A DNA stretch of 64,000 bases from Auanema rhodensis (lineage: Eukaryota; Animalia; Nematoda). The stretch covers positions 1,798,001 to 1,862,000 of the forward strand of contig OZ059896.1 of the NCBI GenBank assembly GCA_964057225.1. The letters are read 5' to 3'. The position numbers were made by a program, and so were the translations under genes. The notes below the pieces were generated by a model. That model was given only the letters and a program-made list of their open reading frames with translations, was not told the DNA's origin and did not search any database. Shown piece by piece: positions 1 through 13,800 of the stretch (positions within the stretch are counted from its first letter, which is position 1; each line of letters opens with the position of its first letter).

Positions 1-2965
1 TGAAATTATTTTGAATTTTTTCGGGAAAATTTTTGTCAAAATGTTTTTGGAAGCAATGTTGTGTGTACATGGAAACTCAACATACACTAATGCATCATTT
101 TTCAAACGATCATAACTAATTTTTGTATTAAGCGTTTCTTAATGTAGTATAGTGCATTCGATGTGGATTTTCAAGCTGCGTCGATCTGTGTTATCAGATT
201 TGCGCTAGCTTAAAAATGCACCGAGATATCAACTGATATAAGTTCACACTTATATCCTCGATTTTCACCCTGAAGAATTAATTTTTTTGTTGAATAACAA
301 TGTCCATCGTCTTTGTCTTGAAAAAAGGAATCTAAAAACATCTACTTTTTGTGAAATTATTTTGAAATTTTTCGGGAAAATTTTTGTCAAAATGTTTTTG
401 GAAGCAATGTTGTGTGTACATGGAAACTCAACATACACTAATGCATCATTTTTCAAACGATCATAACTAATTTTTGTATTAAGCGTTTCTTAATGTAGTA
501 TAGTACATTCGATGCGGATTTTTAAGCTGCGTCGATCTGTGTTATCAGATTTGCGCTAGCTTAAAAATGAACCGAGATATCAACTGATATAAGTTCACAC
601 CTATATCCTCGATTTTCACCCTGAAGAATTAATTTTTTCGTTGAATAACATTGTCTATCGTTTTTGCCTTGAAAAAAGGAATCTAAAAACATCTACTTTT
701 TGCTAAATTATTTTCAAATTTTTCGAAAAAATTTTTGTCAAAATGTTTTTGGAAGCAATTTTGAGTGTACATGGAAACTCAACATACACTAATGCATCAT
801 TTTTCAAACGATCATAACTAATTTTTGTATTTAGCTTTTCTCAATGTAGTTCAGTGCATTCGATGCGGATTTTTAAGCTGCGTCGATCTGTACTATCAGA
901 TTTGCGCTAGCTTGAAAATGCACCGAGATATCAACTGATATAAGTTCACACCTATATCCTCGATTTTCACCCTGAAGAATTAATTTTTTCGTTGAATAAC
1001 ATTGTCTATCGTTTTTGCCTTGAAAAAAGGAATCTAAAAACATCTACTTTTTGCTAAATTATTTTCAAATTTTTCGAAAAAATTTTTGTCAAAATGTTTT
1101 TGGAAGCAATTTTGAGTGTACATGGAAACTCAACATACACTAATGCATCATTTTTCAAACGATCATAACTAATTTTTGTATTGAGTGTTTCTCAATGTAG
1201 TATAGTGCATTCGATGTGGATTTTCAAGCTGCGTCGATCTGTGTTATCAGATTTGCGCTAGCTTAAAAATGCACCGAGATATGCACTGATATAAGTTCAC
1301 ACTTATATCCTCGATTTTCACCCTGAAGAATTAATTTTTTTGTTGAATAACAATGTCCATCGTCTTTGTCTTGAAAAAAGGAATCTAAAAACATCTACTT
1401 TTTGTGAAATTATTTTGAAATTTTTCGGGAAAATTTTTGTCAAAATGTTTTTGGAAGCAATTTTGAGTGTACATGGAAACTCAACATACACGAATGCATC
1501 ATTTTTCAAACGATCATAACTAATTTTTGTATTTAGCTTTTCTCAATGTAGTTCAGTGCATTCGATGCGGATTTTTAAGCTGCGTCGATCTGTACTATCA
1601 GATTTGCGCTAGCTTGAAAATGCACCGAGATATCAACTGATATAAGTTCACACCTATATCCTCGATTTTCACCCTGAAGAATTAATTTTTTCGTTGAATA
1701 ACATTGTCTATCGTTTTTGCCTTGAAAAAAGGAATCTAAAAACATCTACTTTTTGCTAAATTATTTTCAAATTTTTCGAAAAAATTTTTGTCAAAATGTT
1801 TTTGGAAGCAATTTTGAGTGTACATGGAAACTCAACATACACTAATGCATCATTTTTCAAACGATCATAACTAATTTTTGTATTGAGTGTTTCTCAATGT
1901 AGTATAGTGCATTCGATGTGGATTTTCAAGCTGCGTCGATCTGTGTTATCAGATTTGCGCTAGCTTAAAAATGCACCGAGATATGCACTGATATAAGTTC
2001 ACACTTATATCCTCGATTTTCACCCTGAAGAATTAATTTTTTTGTTGAATAACAATGTCCATCGTCTTTGTCTTGAAAAAAGGAATCTAAAAACATCTAC
2101 TTTTTGTGAAATTATTTTGAAATTTTTCGGGAAAATTTTTGTCAAAATGTTTTTGGAAGCAATGTTGTGTGTACATGGAAACTCAACATACACTAATGCA
2201 TCATTTTTCAAACGATCATAACTAATTTTTGTATTGAGCGTTTCTTAATGTAGTATAGTACATTCGATGCGGATTTTTAAGCTGCGTCGATCTGTGTTAT
2301 CAGATTTGCGCTAGCTTAAAAATGAACCGAGATATCAACTGATATAGGTTCACACTTATATCCTCGATTTTCACCCTGAAGACTTAATTTTTTCGTTGAA
2401 TAACATTGTCCATCGTCTTTGTCTTAAAAAAAGGAATCTAAAAACATCTACTTTTTGTGAAATTATTTTGAAATTTTTCGGGAACATTTTTGTCAAAATG
2501 TTTTTGGAAGCAATGTTGAGTGTACATGGAAACTCAACATACACTAATGCATCATTTTTCAAACGATCATAACTAATTTTTGTATTGAGCGTTTCTCCAT
2601 GTAGTATAGTGCATTCGATGCGGATTTTTAAGCTGCGTCGATCTGTGTTATCAGATTTGCGCTAGCTTGAAAATGCACCGAGATATCAACTGATATAAGT
2701 TCAAACCTATATCCTCGATTTTCACCCTGAAGAATTAATTTTTTCGTTGAATAACATTGTCTATCGTTTTTGCCTTGAAAAAAGGAATCTAAAAACATCT
2801 ACTTTTTGCTAAATTATTTTCAAATTTTTCGAAAAAATTTTTGTCAAAATGTTTTTGGAAGCAATTTTGAGTGTACATGGAAACTCAACATACACTAATG
2901 CATCATTTTTCAAACGATCATAACTAATTTTTGTATTTAGCTTTTCTCAATGTAGTATAGTGCAT

Positions 2966-3032
2966 TCGATGCGGATTTTTAAGCTGCGTCGATCTGTGTT
3001 ATCAGATTTGCGCTAGCTTAAAAATGCACCGA
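2966..3032. other. Imperfect inverted repeat (~67-nt fold-back, 'H1'), one per monomer; representative copy
   Basis: TCG a TGC gg ATTTTTAAGCT GCG tcg ATCTG tgttat CAGAT ttg CGC t AGCTTAAAAAT GCA c CGA. The 11-bp arms at 2975-2985 and 3015-3025 are exact reverse complements. Confidence 0.88.
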
Positions 3033-3042
3033 GATATCAACT

Positions 3043-3064
3043 GATATAAGTTCACACTTATATC
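3043..3064. other. Perfect 9-bp stem with 4-nt loop ('H2'), one per monomer; representative copy
   Basis: GATATAAGT tcac ACTTATATC. It overlaps a second dyad, ATATCA ac TGATAT (3034-3047). Confidence 0.9.
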
Positions 3065-4827
3065 CTCGATTTTCACCCTGAAGAATTAATTTTTTTGTTG
3101 AATAACAATGTCCATCGTCTTTGTCTTGAAAAAAGGAATCTAAAAACATCTACTTTTTGTGAAATTATTTTGAAATTTTTCGGGAAAATTTTTGTCAAAA
3201 TGTTTTTGGAAGCAATGTTGTGTGTACATGGAAACTCAACATACACTAATGCATCATTTTTCAAACGATCATAACTAATTTTTGTATTGAGCGTTTCTCC
3301 ATGTAGTATAGTCCATTCGATGCGGATTTTTAAGCTGCGTCGATCTGTGTTATCAGATTTGCGCTAGCTTAAAAATGAACCGAGATATCAACTGATATAG
3401 GTTCACACTTATATCCTCGATTTTCACCCTGAAGATTTAATTTTTTCGTTGAATAACATTGTCCATCGTCTTTGTCTTAAAAAAAGGAATCTAAAAACAT
3501 CTACTTTTTGTGAAATTATTTTGAAATTTTTCGGGAAAATTTTTGTCAAAATGTTTTTGGAAGCAATGTTGAGTGTACATGGAAACTCAACATACACTAA
3601 TGCATCATTTTTCAAACGATCATAACTAATTTTTGTATTGAGCGTTTCTCCATGTAGTATAGTGCATTCGATGCGGATTTTTAAGCTGCGTCGATCTGTA
3701 CTATCAGATTTGCGCTAGCTTGAAAATGCACCGAGATATCAACTGATATAAGTTCACACCTATATCCTCGATTTTCACCCTGAAGAATTAATTTTTTCCT
3801 TGAATAACATTGTCTATCGTTTTTGCCTTGAAAAAAGGAATCTAAAAACATCTACTTTTTGCTAAATTATTTTCAAATTTTTCGAAAAAATTTTTGTCAA
3901 AATGTTTTTGGAAGCAATTTTGAGTGTACATGGAAACTCAACATACACTAATGCATCATTTTTCAAACGATCATAACTAATTTTTGTATTTAGCTTTTCG
4001 CAATGTAGTTCAGTGCATTCGATGCGGATTTTTAAGCTGCGTCGATCTGTACTATCAGATTTGCGCTAGCTTGAAAATGCACCGAGATATCAACTGATAT
4101 AAGTTCACACCTATATCCTCGATTTTCACCCTGAAGAATTAATTTTTTCGTTGAATAACATTGTCTATCGTTTTTGCCTTGAAAAAAGGAATCTAAAAAC
4201 ATCTACTTTTTGCTAAATTATTTTCAAATTTTTCGAAAAAATTTTTGTCAAAATGTTTTTGGAAGCAATTTTGAGTGTACATGGAAACTCAACATACACT
4301 AATGCATCATTTTTCAAACGATCATAACTAATTTTTGTATTGAGTGTTTCTCAATGTAGTATAGTGCATTCGATGTGGATTTTCAAGCTGCGTCGATCTG
4401 TGTTATCAGATTTGCGCTAGCTTAAAAATGCACCGAGATATCAACTGATATAAGTTCACACTTATATCCTCGATTTTCACCCTGAAGAATTAATTTTTTT
4501 GTTGAATAACAATGTCCATCGTCTTTGTCTTGAAAAAAGGAATCTAAAAACATCTACTTTTTGTGAAATTATTTTGAAATTTTTCGGGAAAATTTTTGTC
4601 AAAATGTTTTTGGAAGCAATGTTGTGTGTACATGGAAACTCAACATACACTAATGCATCATTTTTCAAACGATCATAACTAATTTTTGTATTGAGCGTTT
4701 CTTAATGTAGTATAGTACATTCGATGCGGATTTTTAAGCTGCGTCGATCTGTGTTATCAGATTTGCGCTAGCTTAAAAATGAACCGAGATATCAACTGAT
4801 ATAGGTTCACACTTATATCCTCGATTT

Positions 4828-7800
4828 TCACCCTGAAGATTTAATTTTTTTGTTGAATAACATTGTCCATCGTCTTTGTCTTGAAAAAAGGAATCTAAAA
4901 ACATCTACTTTTTGTGAAATTATTTTGAAATTTTTCGGGAAAATTTTTGTCAAAATGTTTTTGGAAGCAATGTTGAGTGTACATGGAAACTCAACATACA
5001 CTAATGCATCATTTTTCAAACGATCATAACTAATTTTTGTATTGAGCGTTTCTCCATGTAGTATAGTGCATTCGATGCGGATTTTTAAGCTGCGTCGATC
5101 TGTGTTATCAGATTTGCGCTAGCTTGAAAATGCACCGAGATATCAACTGATATAGGTTCACACTTATATCCTCGATTTTCACCGTGAAGAATTAATTTTT
5201 TCGTTGAATAACAATGTCCATCGTCTTTGTCTTGAAAAAAGGAATCTAAAAACATCTACTTTTTGTAAATTTATTCTGAAATTTTTCGGGAAAATGTTTG
5301 TCAAAATGTTTTTGGAAGCAATGTTGAGTGTACATGGAAACTCAACATACACTAATGCATCATTTTTCAAAGGATCATAACTAATTTTTGTATTGAGCGT
5401 TTCTTAATGTAGTATAGTGCATTCGATGCGGATTTTTAAGCTGGGTCGATCTGTGTTATCAGATTTGCGCTACCTTAAAAATACACCGAGATATCAACTG
5501 ATATAAGTTCACACTTATATCCTCGATTTTCACCCTGAAGAATTAATTTTTTTGTTGAATAACAATGTCCATCGTCTTGGTCTTGAAAAAAGGAATCTAA
5601 AAACATCTACTTTTTGTGAAATTATTTTGAAATTTTTCGGGAAACTTTTTGTCAAAATGTTTTTGGAAGCAATGTTGAGTGTACATGGAAACTCAACATA
5701 CACTAATGCATCATTTTTCAAACGATCATAACTAATTTTTGTATTGAGCGTTGCTTAATGTAGTATAGTGCATTCGATGCGGATTTTTAAGCTGCGTCGA
5801 TCTGTGTTATCAGATTTGCGCTAGCTTAAAAATGCACCGAGATATCAACTGATATAGGTTCACACTTATATCCTCGATTTTCACCGTGAAGAATTAATTT
5901 TTTTGTTGAATGACAATGTCCATCGTCTTTGTCTTGAAAAAAGAAATCTAAAAACATCTACTTTTTGTAAAATTATTTTGAAATTTTTCGGGAAAATTTT
6001 TGTCAAAATGTTTTTGGAAGCAATGTTGAGTGTACATGGAAACTCAACATACACTAATGCATCATTTTTCAAACGATCATAACTAATTTTTGTATTGAGC
6101 GTTTCTCCATGTAGTATAGTGCATTCGATGCGGATTTTTAAGCTGCGTCGATCTGTGTTATCAGATTTGCGCTAGCTTAAAAATGCACCGAGATATCAAC
6201 TGATATAGGTTCACACTTATATCCTCGATTTTCACCGTGAAGAATTAATTTTTTTGTTGAATGACAATGTCCATCGTCTTTGTCTTGAAAAAAGAAATCT
6301 AAAAACATCTACTTTTTGTAAAATTATTTTGAAATTTTTCGGGAAAATTTTTGTCAAAATGTTTTTGGAAGCAATGTTGTGTGTACATGGAAACTCAACA
6401 TACACTAATGCATCATTTTTCAAACGATCATAACTAATTTTTGTATTGAGCGTTTCTTAATGTAGTATAGTGCATTCGATGCGGATTTTTAAGCTGCGTC
6501 GATCTGTGTTATCAGATTTGCGCTAGCTTAAAAATGAACCGAGATCTCAACTGATATAGGTTCACACTTATATCCTCGATTTTCACCGTGAAGAATTAAT
6601 TTTTTTGTTGAATGACAATGTCCATCGTCTTTGTCTTGAAAAAAGGAATCTAAAAACATCTACTTTTTGTAAATTTATTCTGAAATTTTTCGGGAAAATG
6701 TTTGTCAAAATGTTTTTGGAAGCAATGTTGAGTGTACATGGAAACTCAACATACACTAATGCATCATTTTTCAAACAATCATAACTAATTTTTGTATTGA
6801 GCGTTTCTTAATGTAGTATAGTACATTCGATGCGGATTTTTAAGCTGCGTCGATCTGTGTTATCAGATTTGCGCTAGCTTAAAAATGAACCGAGATATCA
6901 ACTGATATAGGTTCACACTTATATCCTCGATTTTCACCCTGAAGATTTAATTTTTTCGTTGAATAACATTGTCCATCGTCTTTGTCTTGAAAAAAGGAAT
7001 CTAAAAACATCTACTTTTTGTGAAATTATTTTGAAATTTTTCGGGAAAATTTTTGTCAAAATGTTTTTGGAAGCATTGTTGAGTGTACATGGAAACTCAA
7101 CATACACTAATGCATCATTTTTCAAACGATCATAACTAATTTTTGTATTGAGCGTTTCTCCATGTAGTATAGTGCATTCGATGCGGATTTTTAAGCTGCG
7201 TCGATCTGTGTTATCAGATTTGCGCTAGCTTGAAAATGCACCGAGATATCAACTGATATAGGTTCACACTTATATCCTCGATTTTCACTGTGAAGAATTA
7301 ATTTTTTTGTTGAATAACAATGTCCATCGTCTTTGTCTTGAAAAAAGGAATCTAAAAACATCTACTTTTTGTGAAATTATTTTGAAATTTTTCGGGAAAA
7401 TTTTTGTCAAAATGTTTTTGGAAGCAATGTTGAGTGTACATGGAAACTCAACATACACTAATGCATCATTTTTCAAACGATCATAACTAATTTTTGTATT
7501 GAGTGTTTCCCAATGTAGTATAGTGCATTCGATGTGGATTTTTAAGCTGCGTCGATCTGTGTTATCAGATTTGCGCTAGCTTAAAAATGAACCGAGATAT
7601 CAACTGATATAGGTTCACACTTATATCCTCGATTTTCACCCTGAAGAATTAATTTTTTTGTTGAATAACAATGTCCATCGTCTTTGTCTTGAAAAAAGGA
7701 ATCTAAAAACATCTACTTTTTGTAAATTTATTCTGAAATTTTTCGGGAAAATGTTTGTCAAAATGTTTTTGGAAGCAATGTTGAGTGTACATGGAAACTC

Positions 7801-10800
7801 AACATACACTAATGCATCATTTTTCAAACGATCATAACTAATTTTTGTATTGAGTGTTTCCCAATGTAGTATAGTGCATTCGATGTGGATTTTTAAGCTG
7901 CGTCGATCTGTGTTATCAGATTTGCGCTAGCTTAAAAATGAACCGAGATATCAACTGATATAGGTTCACACTTATATCCTCGATTTTCACCCTGAAGAAT
8001 TAATTTTTTTGTTGAATAACAATGTCCATCGTCTTTGTCTTGAAAAAAGGAATCTAAAAACATCTACTTTCTGTGAAATTATTTTGAAATTTTTCGGGAA
8101 AATTTTTGTCAAAATGTTTTTGGAAGCAATGTTGAGTGTACATGGAAACTCAACATACACTAATGCATCATTTTTCAAACGATCATAACTAATTTTTGTA
8201 TTGAGCGTTTCTCCATGTAGTATAGTGCATTCGATGCGGATTTTTAAGCTGCGTCGATCTGTGTTATCAGATTTGCGCTAGCTTGAAAATGCACCGAGAT
8301 ATCAACTGATATAGGTTCACACTTATATCCTCGATTTTCACCGTGAAGAATTAATTTTTTTGTTGAATGACAATGTCCATCGTCTTTGTCTTGAAAAAAG
8401 AAATCTAAAAACATCTACTTTTTGTAAAATTATTTTGAAATTTTTCGGGAAAATTTTTGTCAAAATGTTTTTGGAAGCAATGTTGTGTGTACATGGAAAC
8501 TCAACATACACTAATGCATCATTTTTCAAACGATCATAACTAATTTTTGTATTGAGCGTTTCTTAATGTAGTATAGTGCATTCGATGCGGATTTTTAAGC
8601 TGCGTCGATCTGTGTTATCAGATTTGCGCTAGCTTAAAAATGAACCGAGATCTCAACTGATATAGGTTCACACTTATATCCTCGATTTTCACCGTGAAGA
8701 ATTAATTTTTTTGTTGAATGACAATGTCCATCGTCTTTGTCTTGAAAAAAGGAATCTAAAAACATCTACTTTTTGTAAATTTATTCTGAAATTTTTCGGG
8801 AAAATGTTTGTCAAAATGTTTTTGGAAGCAATGTTGAGTGTACATGGAAACTCAACATACACTAATGCATCATTTTTCAAACAATCATAACTAATTTTTG
8901 TATTGAGCGTTTCTTAATGTAGTATAGTACATTCGATGCGGATTTTTAAGCTGCGTCGATCTGTGTTATCAGATTTGCGCTAGCTTAAAAATGAACCGAG
9001 ATATCAACTGATATAGGTTCACACTTATATCCTCGATTTTCACCCTGAAGATTTAATTTTTTCGTTGAATAACATTGTCCATCGTCTTTGTCTTGAAAAA
9101 AGGAATCTAAAAACATCTACTTTTTGTGAAATTATTTTGAAATTTTTCGGGAAAATTTTTGTCAAAATGTTTTTGGAAGCATTGTTGAGTGTACATGGAA
9201 ACTCAACATACACTAATGCATCATTTTTCAAACGATCATAACTAATTTTTGTATTGAGCGTTTCTCCATGTAGTATAGTGCATTCGATGCGGATTTTTAA
9301 GCTGCGTCGATCTGTGTTATCAGATTTGCGCTAGCTTGAAAATGCACCGAGATATCAACTGATATAGGTTCACACTTATATCCTCGATTTTCACCGTGAA
9401 GAATTAATTTTTTTGTTGAATAACAATGTCCATCGTCTTTGTCTTGAAAAAAGGAATCTAAAAACATCTACTTTTTGTGAAATTATTTTGAAATTTTTCG
9501 GGAAAATTTTTGTCAAAATGTTTCTGGAAGCAATGTTGAGTGTACATGGAAACTCAACATACACTAATGCATCATTTTTCAAACGATCATAACTAATTTT
9601 TGTATTGAGCGTTTCTCAATGTAGTATAGTGCATTCGATGCGGATTTTTAAGCTGCGTCGATCTGTGTTATCAGATTTGCGCTAGCTTAAAAATGAACCG
9701 AGATATCAACTGATATAGGTTCACACTTATATCCTCGATTTTCACCCTGAAGATTTAATTTTTTTGTTGAATAACATTGTCCATCGTCTTTGTCTTGAAA
9801 AAAGGAATCTAAAAACATCTACTTTTTGTGAAATTATTTTGAAATTTTTCGGGAAAATTTTTGTCAAAATGTTTTTGGAAGCAATGTTGAGTGTACATGG
9901 AAACTCAACATACACTAATGCATCATTTTTCAAACGATCATAACTAATTTTTGTATTGAGCGTTTCTCCATGTAGTATAGTGCATTCGATGCGGATTTTT
10001 AAGCTGCGTCGATCTGTGTTATCAGATTTGCGCTAGCTTGAAAATGCACCGAGATATCAACTGATATAGGTTCACACTTATATCCTCGATTTTCACCGTG
10101 AAGAATTAATTTTTTTGTTGAATAACAATGTCCATCGTCTTTGTCTTGAAAAAAGGAATCTAAAAACATCTACTTTTTGTGAAATTATTTTGAAATTTTT
10201 CGGGAAACTTTTTGTCAAAATGTTTTTGGAAGCAATGTTGAGTGTACATGGAAACTCAACATACACTAATGCATCATTTTTCAAAGGATCATAACTAATT
10301 TTTGTATTGAGCGTTTCTTAATGTAGTATAGTGCATTCGATGCGGATTTTTAAGCTGGGTCGATCTGTGTTATCAGATTTGCGCTACCTTAAAAATACAC
10401 CGAGATATCAACTGATATAAGTTCACACTTATATCCTCGATTTTCACCCTGAAGAATTAATTTTTTTGTTGAATAACAATGTCCATCGTCTTGGTCTTGA
10501 AAAAAGGAATCTAAAAACATCTACTTTTTGTGAAATTATTTTGAAATTTTTCGGGAAACTTTTTGTCAAAATGTTTTTGGAAGCAATGTTGAGTGTACAT
10601 GGAAACTCAACATACACTAATGCATCATTTTTCAAACGATCATAACTAATTTTTGTATTGAGCGTTGCTTAATGTAGTATAGTGCATTCGATGCGGATTT
10701 TTAAGCTGCGTCGATCTGTGTTATCAGATTTGCGCTAGCTTAAAAATGCACCGAGATATCAACTGATATAGGTTCACACTTATATCCTCGATTTTCACCG

Positions 10801-13800
10801 TGAAGAATTAATTTTTTTGTTGAATGACAATGTCCATCGTCTTTGTCTTGAAAAAAGAAATCTAAAAACATCTACTTTTTGTAAAATTATTTTGAAATTT
10901 TTCGGGAAAATTTTTGTCAAAATGTTTTTGGAAGCAATGTTGAGTGTACATGGAAACTCAACATACACTAATGCATCATTTTTCAAACGATCATAACTAA
11001 TTTTTGTATTGAGCGTTTCTCCATGTAGTATAGTGCATTCGATGCGGATTTTTAAGCTGCGTCGATCTGTGTTATCAGATTTGCGCTAGCTTAAAAATGC
11101 ACCGAGATATCAACTGATATAGGTTCACACTTATATCCTCGATTTTCACCGTGAAGAATTAATTTTTTTGTTGAATGACAATGTCCATCGTCTTTGTCTT
11201 GAAAAAAGAAATCTAAAAACATCTACTTTTTGTAAAATTATTTTGAAATTTTTCGGGAAAATTTTTGTCAAAATGTTTTTGGAAGCAATGTTGTGTGTAC
11301 ATGGAAACTCAACATACACTAATGCATCATTTTTCAAACGATCATAACTAATTTTTGTATTGAGCGTTTCTTAATGTAGTATAGTGCATTCGATGCGGAT
11401 TTCTAAGCTGCGTCGATCTGTGTTATCAGATTTGCGCTAGCTTAAAAATGAACCGAGATCTCAACTGATATAGGTTCACACTTATATCCTCGATTTTCAC
11501 CGTGAAGAATTAATTTTTTTGTTGAATGACAATGTCCATCGTCTTTGTCTTGAAAAAAGGAATCTAAAAACATCTACTTTTTGTAAATTTATTCTGAAAT
11601 TTTTCGGGAAAATGTTTGTCAAAATGTTTTTGGAAGCAATGTTGAGTGTACATGGAAACTCAACATACACTAATGCATCATTTTTCAAACAATCATAACT
11701 AATTTTTGTATTGAGCGTTTCTTAATGTAGTATAGTACATTCGATGCGGATTTTTAAGCTGCGTCGATCTGTGTTATCAGATTTGCGCTAGCTTAAAAAT
11801 GAACCGAGATATCAACTGATATAGGTTCACACTTATATCCTCGATTTTCACCCTGAAGATTTAATTTTTTCGTTGAATAACATTGTCCATCGTCTTTGTC
11901 TTGAAAAAAGGAATCTAAAAACATCTACTTTTTGTGAAATTATTTTGAAATTTTTCGGGAAAATTTTTGTCAAAATGTTTTTGGAAGCATTGTTGAGTGT
12001 ACATGGAAACTCAACATACACTAATGCATCATTTTTCAAACGATCATAACTAATTTTTGTATTGAGCGTTTCTCCATGTAGTATAGTGCATTCGATGCGG
12101 ATTTTTAAGCTGCGTCGATCTGTGTTATCAGATTTGCGCTAGCTTGAAAATGCACCGAGATATCAACTGATATAGGTTCACACTTATATCCTCGATTTTC
12201 ACCGTGAAGAATTAATTTTTTTGTTGAATAACAATGTCCATCGTCTTTGTCTTGAAAAAAGGAATCTAAAAACATCTACTTTTTGTGAAATTATTTTGAA
12301 ATTTTTCGGGAAAATTTTTGTCAAAATGTTTCTGGAAGCAATGTTGAGTGTACATGGAAACTCAACATACACTAATGCATCATTTTTCAAACGATCATAA
12401 CTAATTTTTGTATTGAGTGTTTCCCAATGTAGTATAGTGCATTCGATGTGGATTTTTAAGCTGCGTCGATCTGTGTTATCAGATTTGCGCTAGCTTAAAA
12501 ATGCACCGAGATATCAACTGATATAAGTTCACACTTATATCCTCGATTTTCACCCTGAAGAATTAATTTTTTTGTTGAATAACAATGTCCATCGTCTTTG
12601 TCTTGAAAAAAGGAATCTAAAAACATCTACTTTTTGTGAAATTATTTTGAAATTTTTCGGGAAAATTTTTGTCAAAATGTTTTTGGAAGCAATGTTGAGT
12701 GTACATGGAAACTCAACATACACTAATGCATCATTTTTCAAACGATCATAACTAATTTTTGTATTGAGTGTTTCCCAATGTAGTATAGTGCATTCGATGT
12801 GGATTTTTAAGCTGCGTCGATCTGTGTTATCAGATTTGCGCTAGCTTAAAAATGAACCGAGATATCAACTGATATAGGTTCACACTTATATCCTCGATTT
12901 TCACCCTGAAGAATTAATTTTTTTGTTGAATAACAATGTCCATCGTCTTTGTCTTGAAAAAAGGAATCTAAAAACATCTACTTTCTGTGAAATTATTTTG
13001 AAATTTTTCGGGAAAATTTTTGTCAAAATGTTTTTGGAAGCAATGTTGAGTGTACATGGAAACTCAACATACACTAATGCATCATTTTTCAAACGATCAT
13101 AACTAATTTTTGTATTGAGCGTTTCTCCATGTAGTATAGTGCATTCGATGCGGATTTTTAAGCTGCGTCGATCTGTGTTATCAGATTTGCGCTAGCTTGA
13201 AAATGCACCGAGATATCAACTGATATAGGTTCACACTTATATCCTCGATTTTCACCGTGAAGAATTAATTTTTTTGTTGAATGACAATGTCCATCGTCTT
13301 TGTCTTGAAAAAAGAAATCTAAAAACATCTACTTTTTGTAAAATTATTTTGAAATTTTTCGGGAAAATTTTTGTCAAAATGTTTTTGGAAGCAATGTTGT
13401 GTGTACATGGAAACTCAACATACACTAATGCATCATTTTTCAAACGATCATAACTAATTTTTGTATTGAGCGTTTCTTAATGTAGTATAGTGCATTCGAT
13501 GCGGATTTTTAAGCTGCGTCGATCTGTGTTATCAGATTTGCGCTAGCTTAAAAATGAACCGAGATCTCAACTGATATAGGTTCACACTTATATCCTCGAT
13601 TTTCACCGTGAAGAATTAATTTTTTTGTTGAATGACAATGTCCATCGTCTTTGTCTTGAAAAAAGGAATCTAAAAACATCTACTTTTTGTAAATTTATTC
13701 TGAAATTTTTCGGGAAAATGTTTGTCAAAATGTTTTTGGAAGCAATGTTGAGTGTACATGGAAACTCAACATACACTAATGCATCATTTTTCAAACAATC

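Larger units (their letters stand above)
601..4476. repeat. Region containing a diverged monomer subfamily ('B'; six copies starting at 616, 967, 1669, 2722, 3775, 4126) interspersed with standard monomers
   Basis: Shared alleles: cacacCtata, gtcTatcgtTtttgCcttg, tgCTaaattattttCaaa, ttcgAAaaaa, gcaatTttgag; some copies also attTagcTtttc, tagtTCagtg, ctgtACtatc. About 12-18 differences from consensus. gtcTa creates a TAG in the minus-strand ORF, which explains the six gaps in the ORF track. Confidence 0.93.

Noticed and set aside
184-209. Helitron 3' end (hairpin followed by CTAG)
   Set aside because: The hairpin is short and AT-rich, sits only 5 nt from CTAG, the CTAG is not followed by T, and it is better explained as part of the larger H1 fold-back.
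270-330. Hammerhead ribozyme / retrozyme-type satellite (CTGAAGA matches the CUGANGA core)
   Set aside because: There is no stem II closed by GAAA (the next motif is GAAT), no stem I partner for cacc, and a large share of monomers carry GTGAAGA, which destroys the core. An Infernal/RNAMotif search or a self-cleavage assay would settle it.
262-482. Monomer as an ancient dimer of ~175-bp subunits (ttttca...taattttt..gt seen twice)
   Set aside because: The similarity is short and low-complexity, and the spacing is about 188/163 bp rather than equal halves. A self-alignment with shuffled controls would be needed.
636-652. CENP-B box (TTTCGTTGAA resembles the 5' half)
   Set aside because: The essential CGGG of NTTCGNNNNANNCGGGN is absent, and the TTCG is present only in some monomers.
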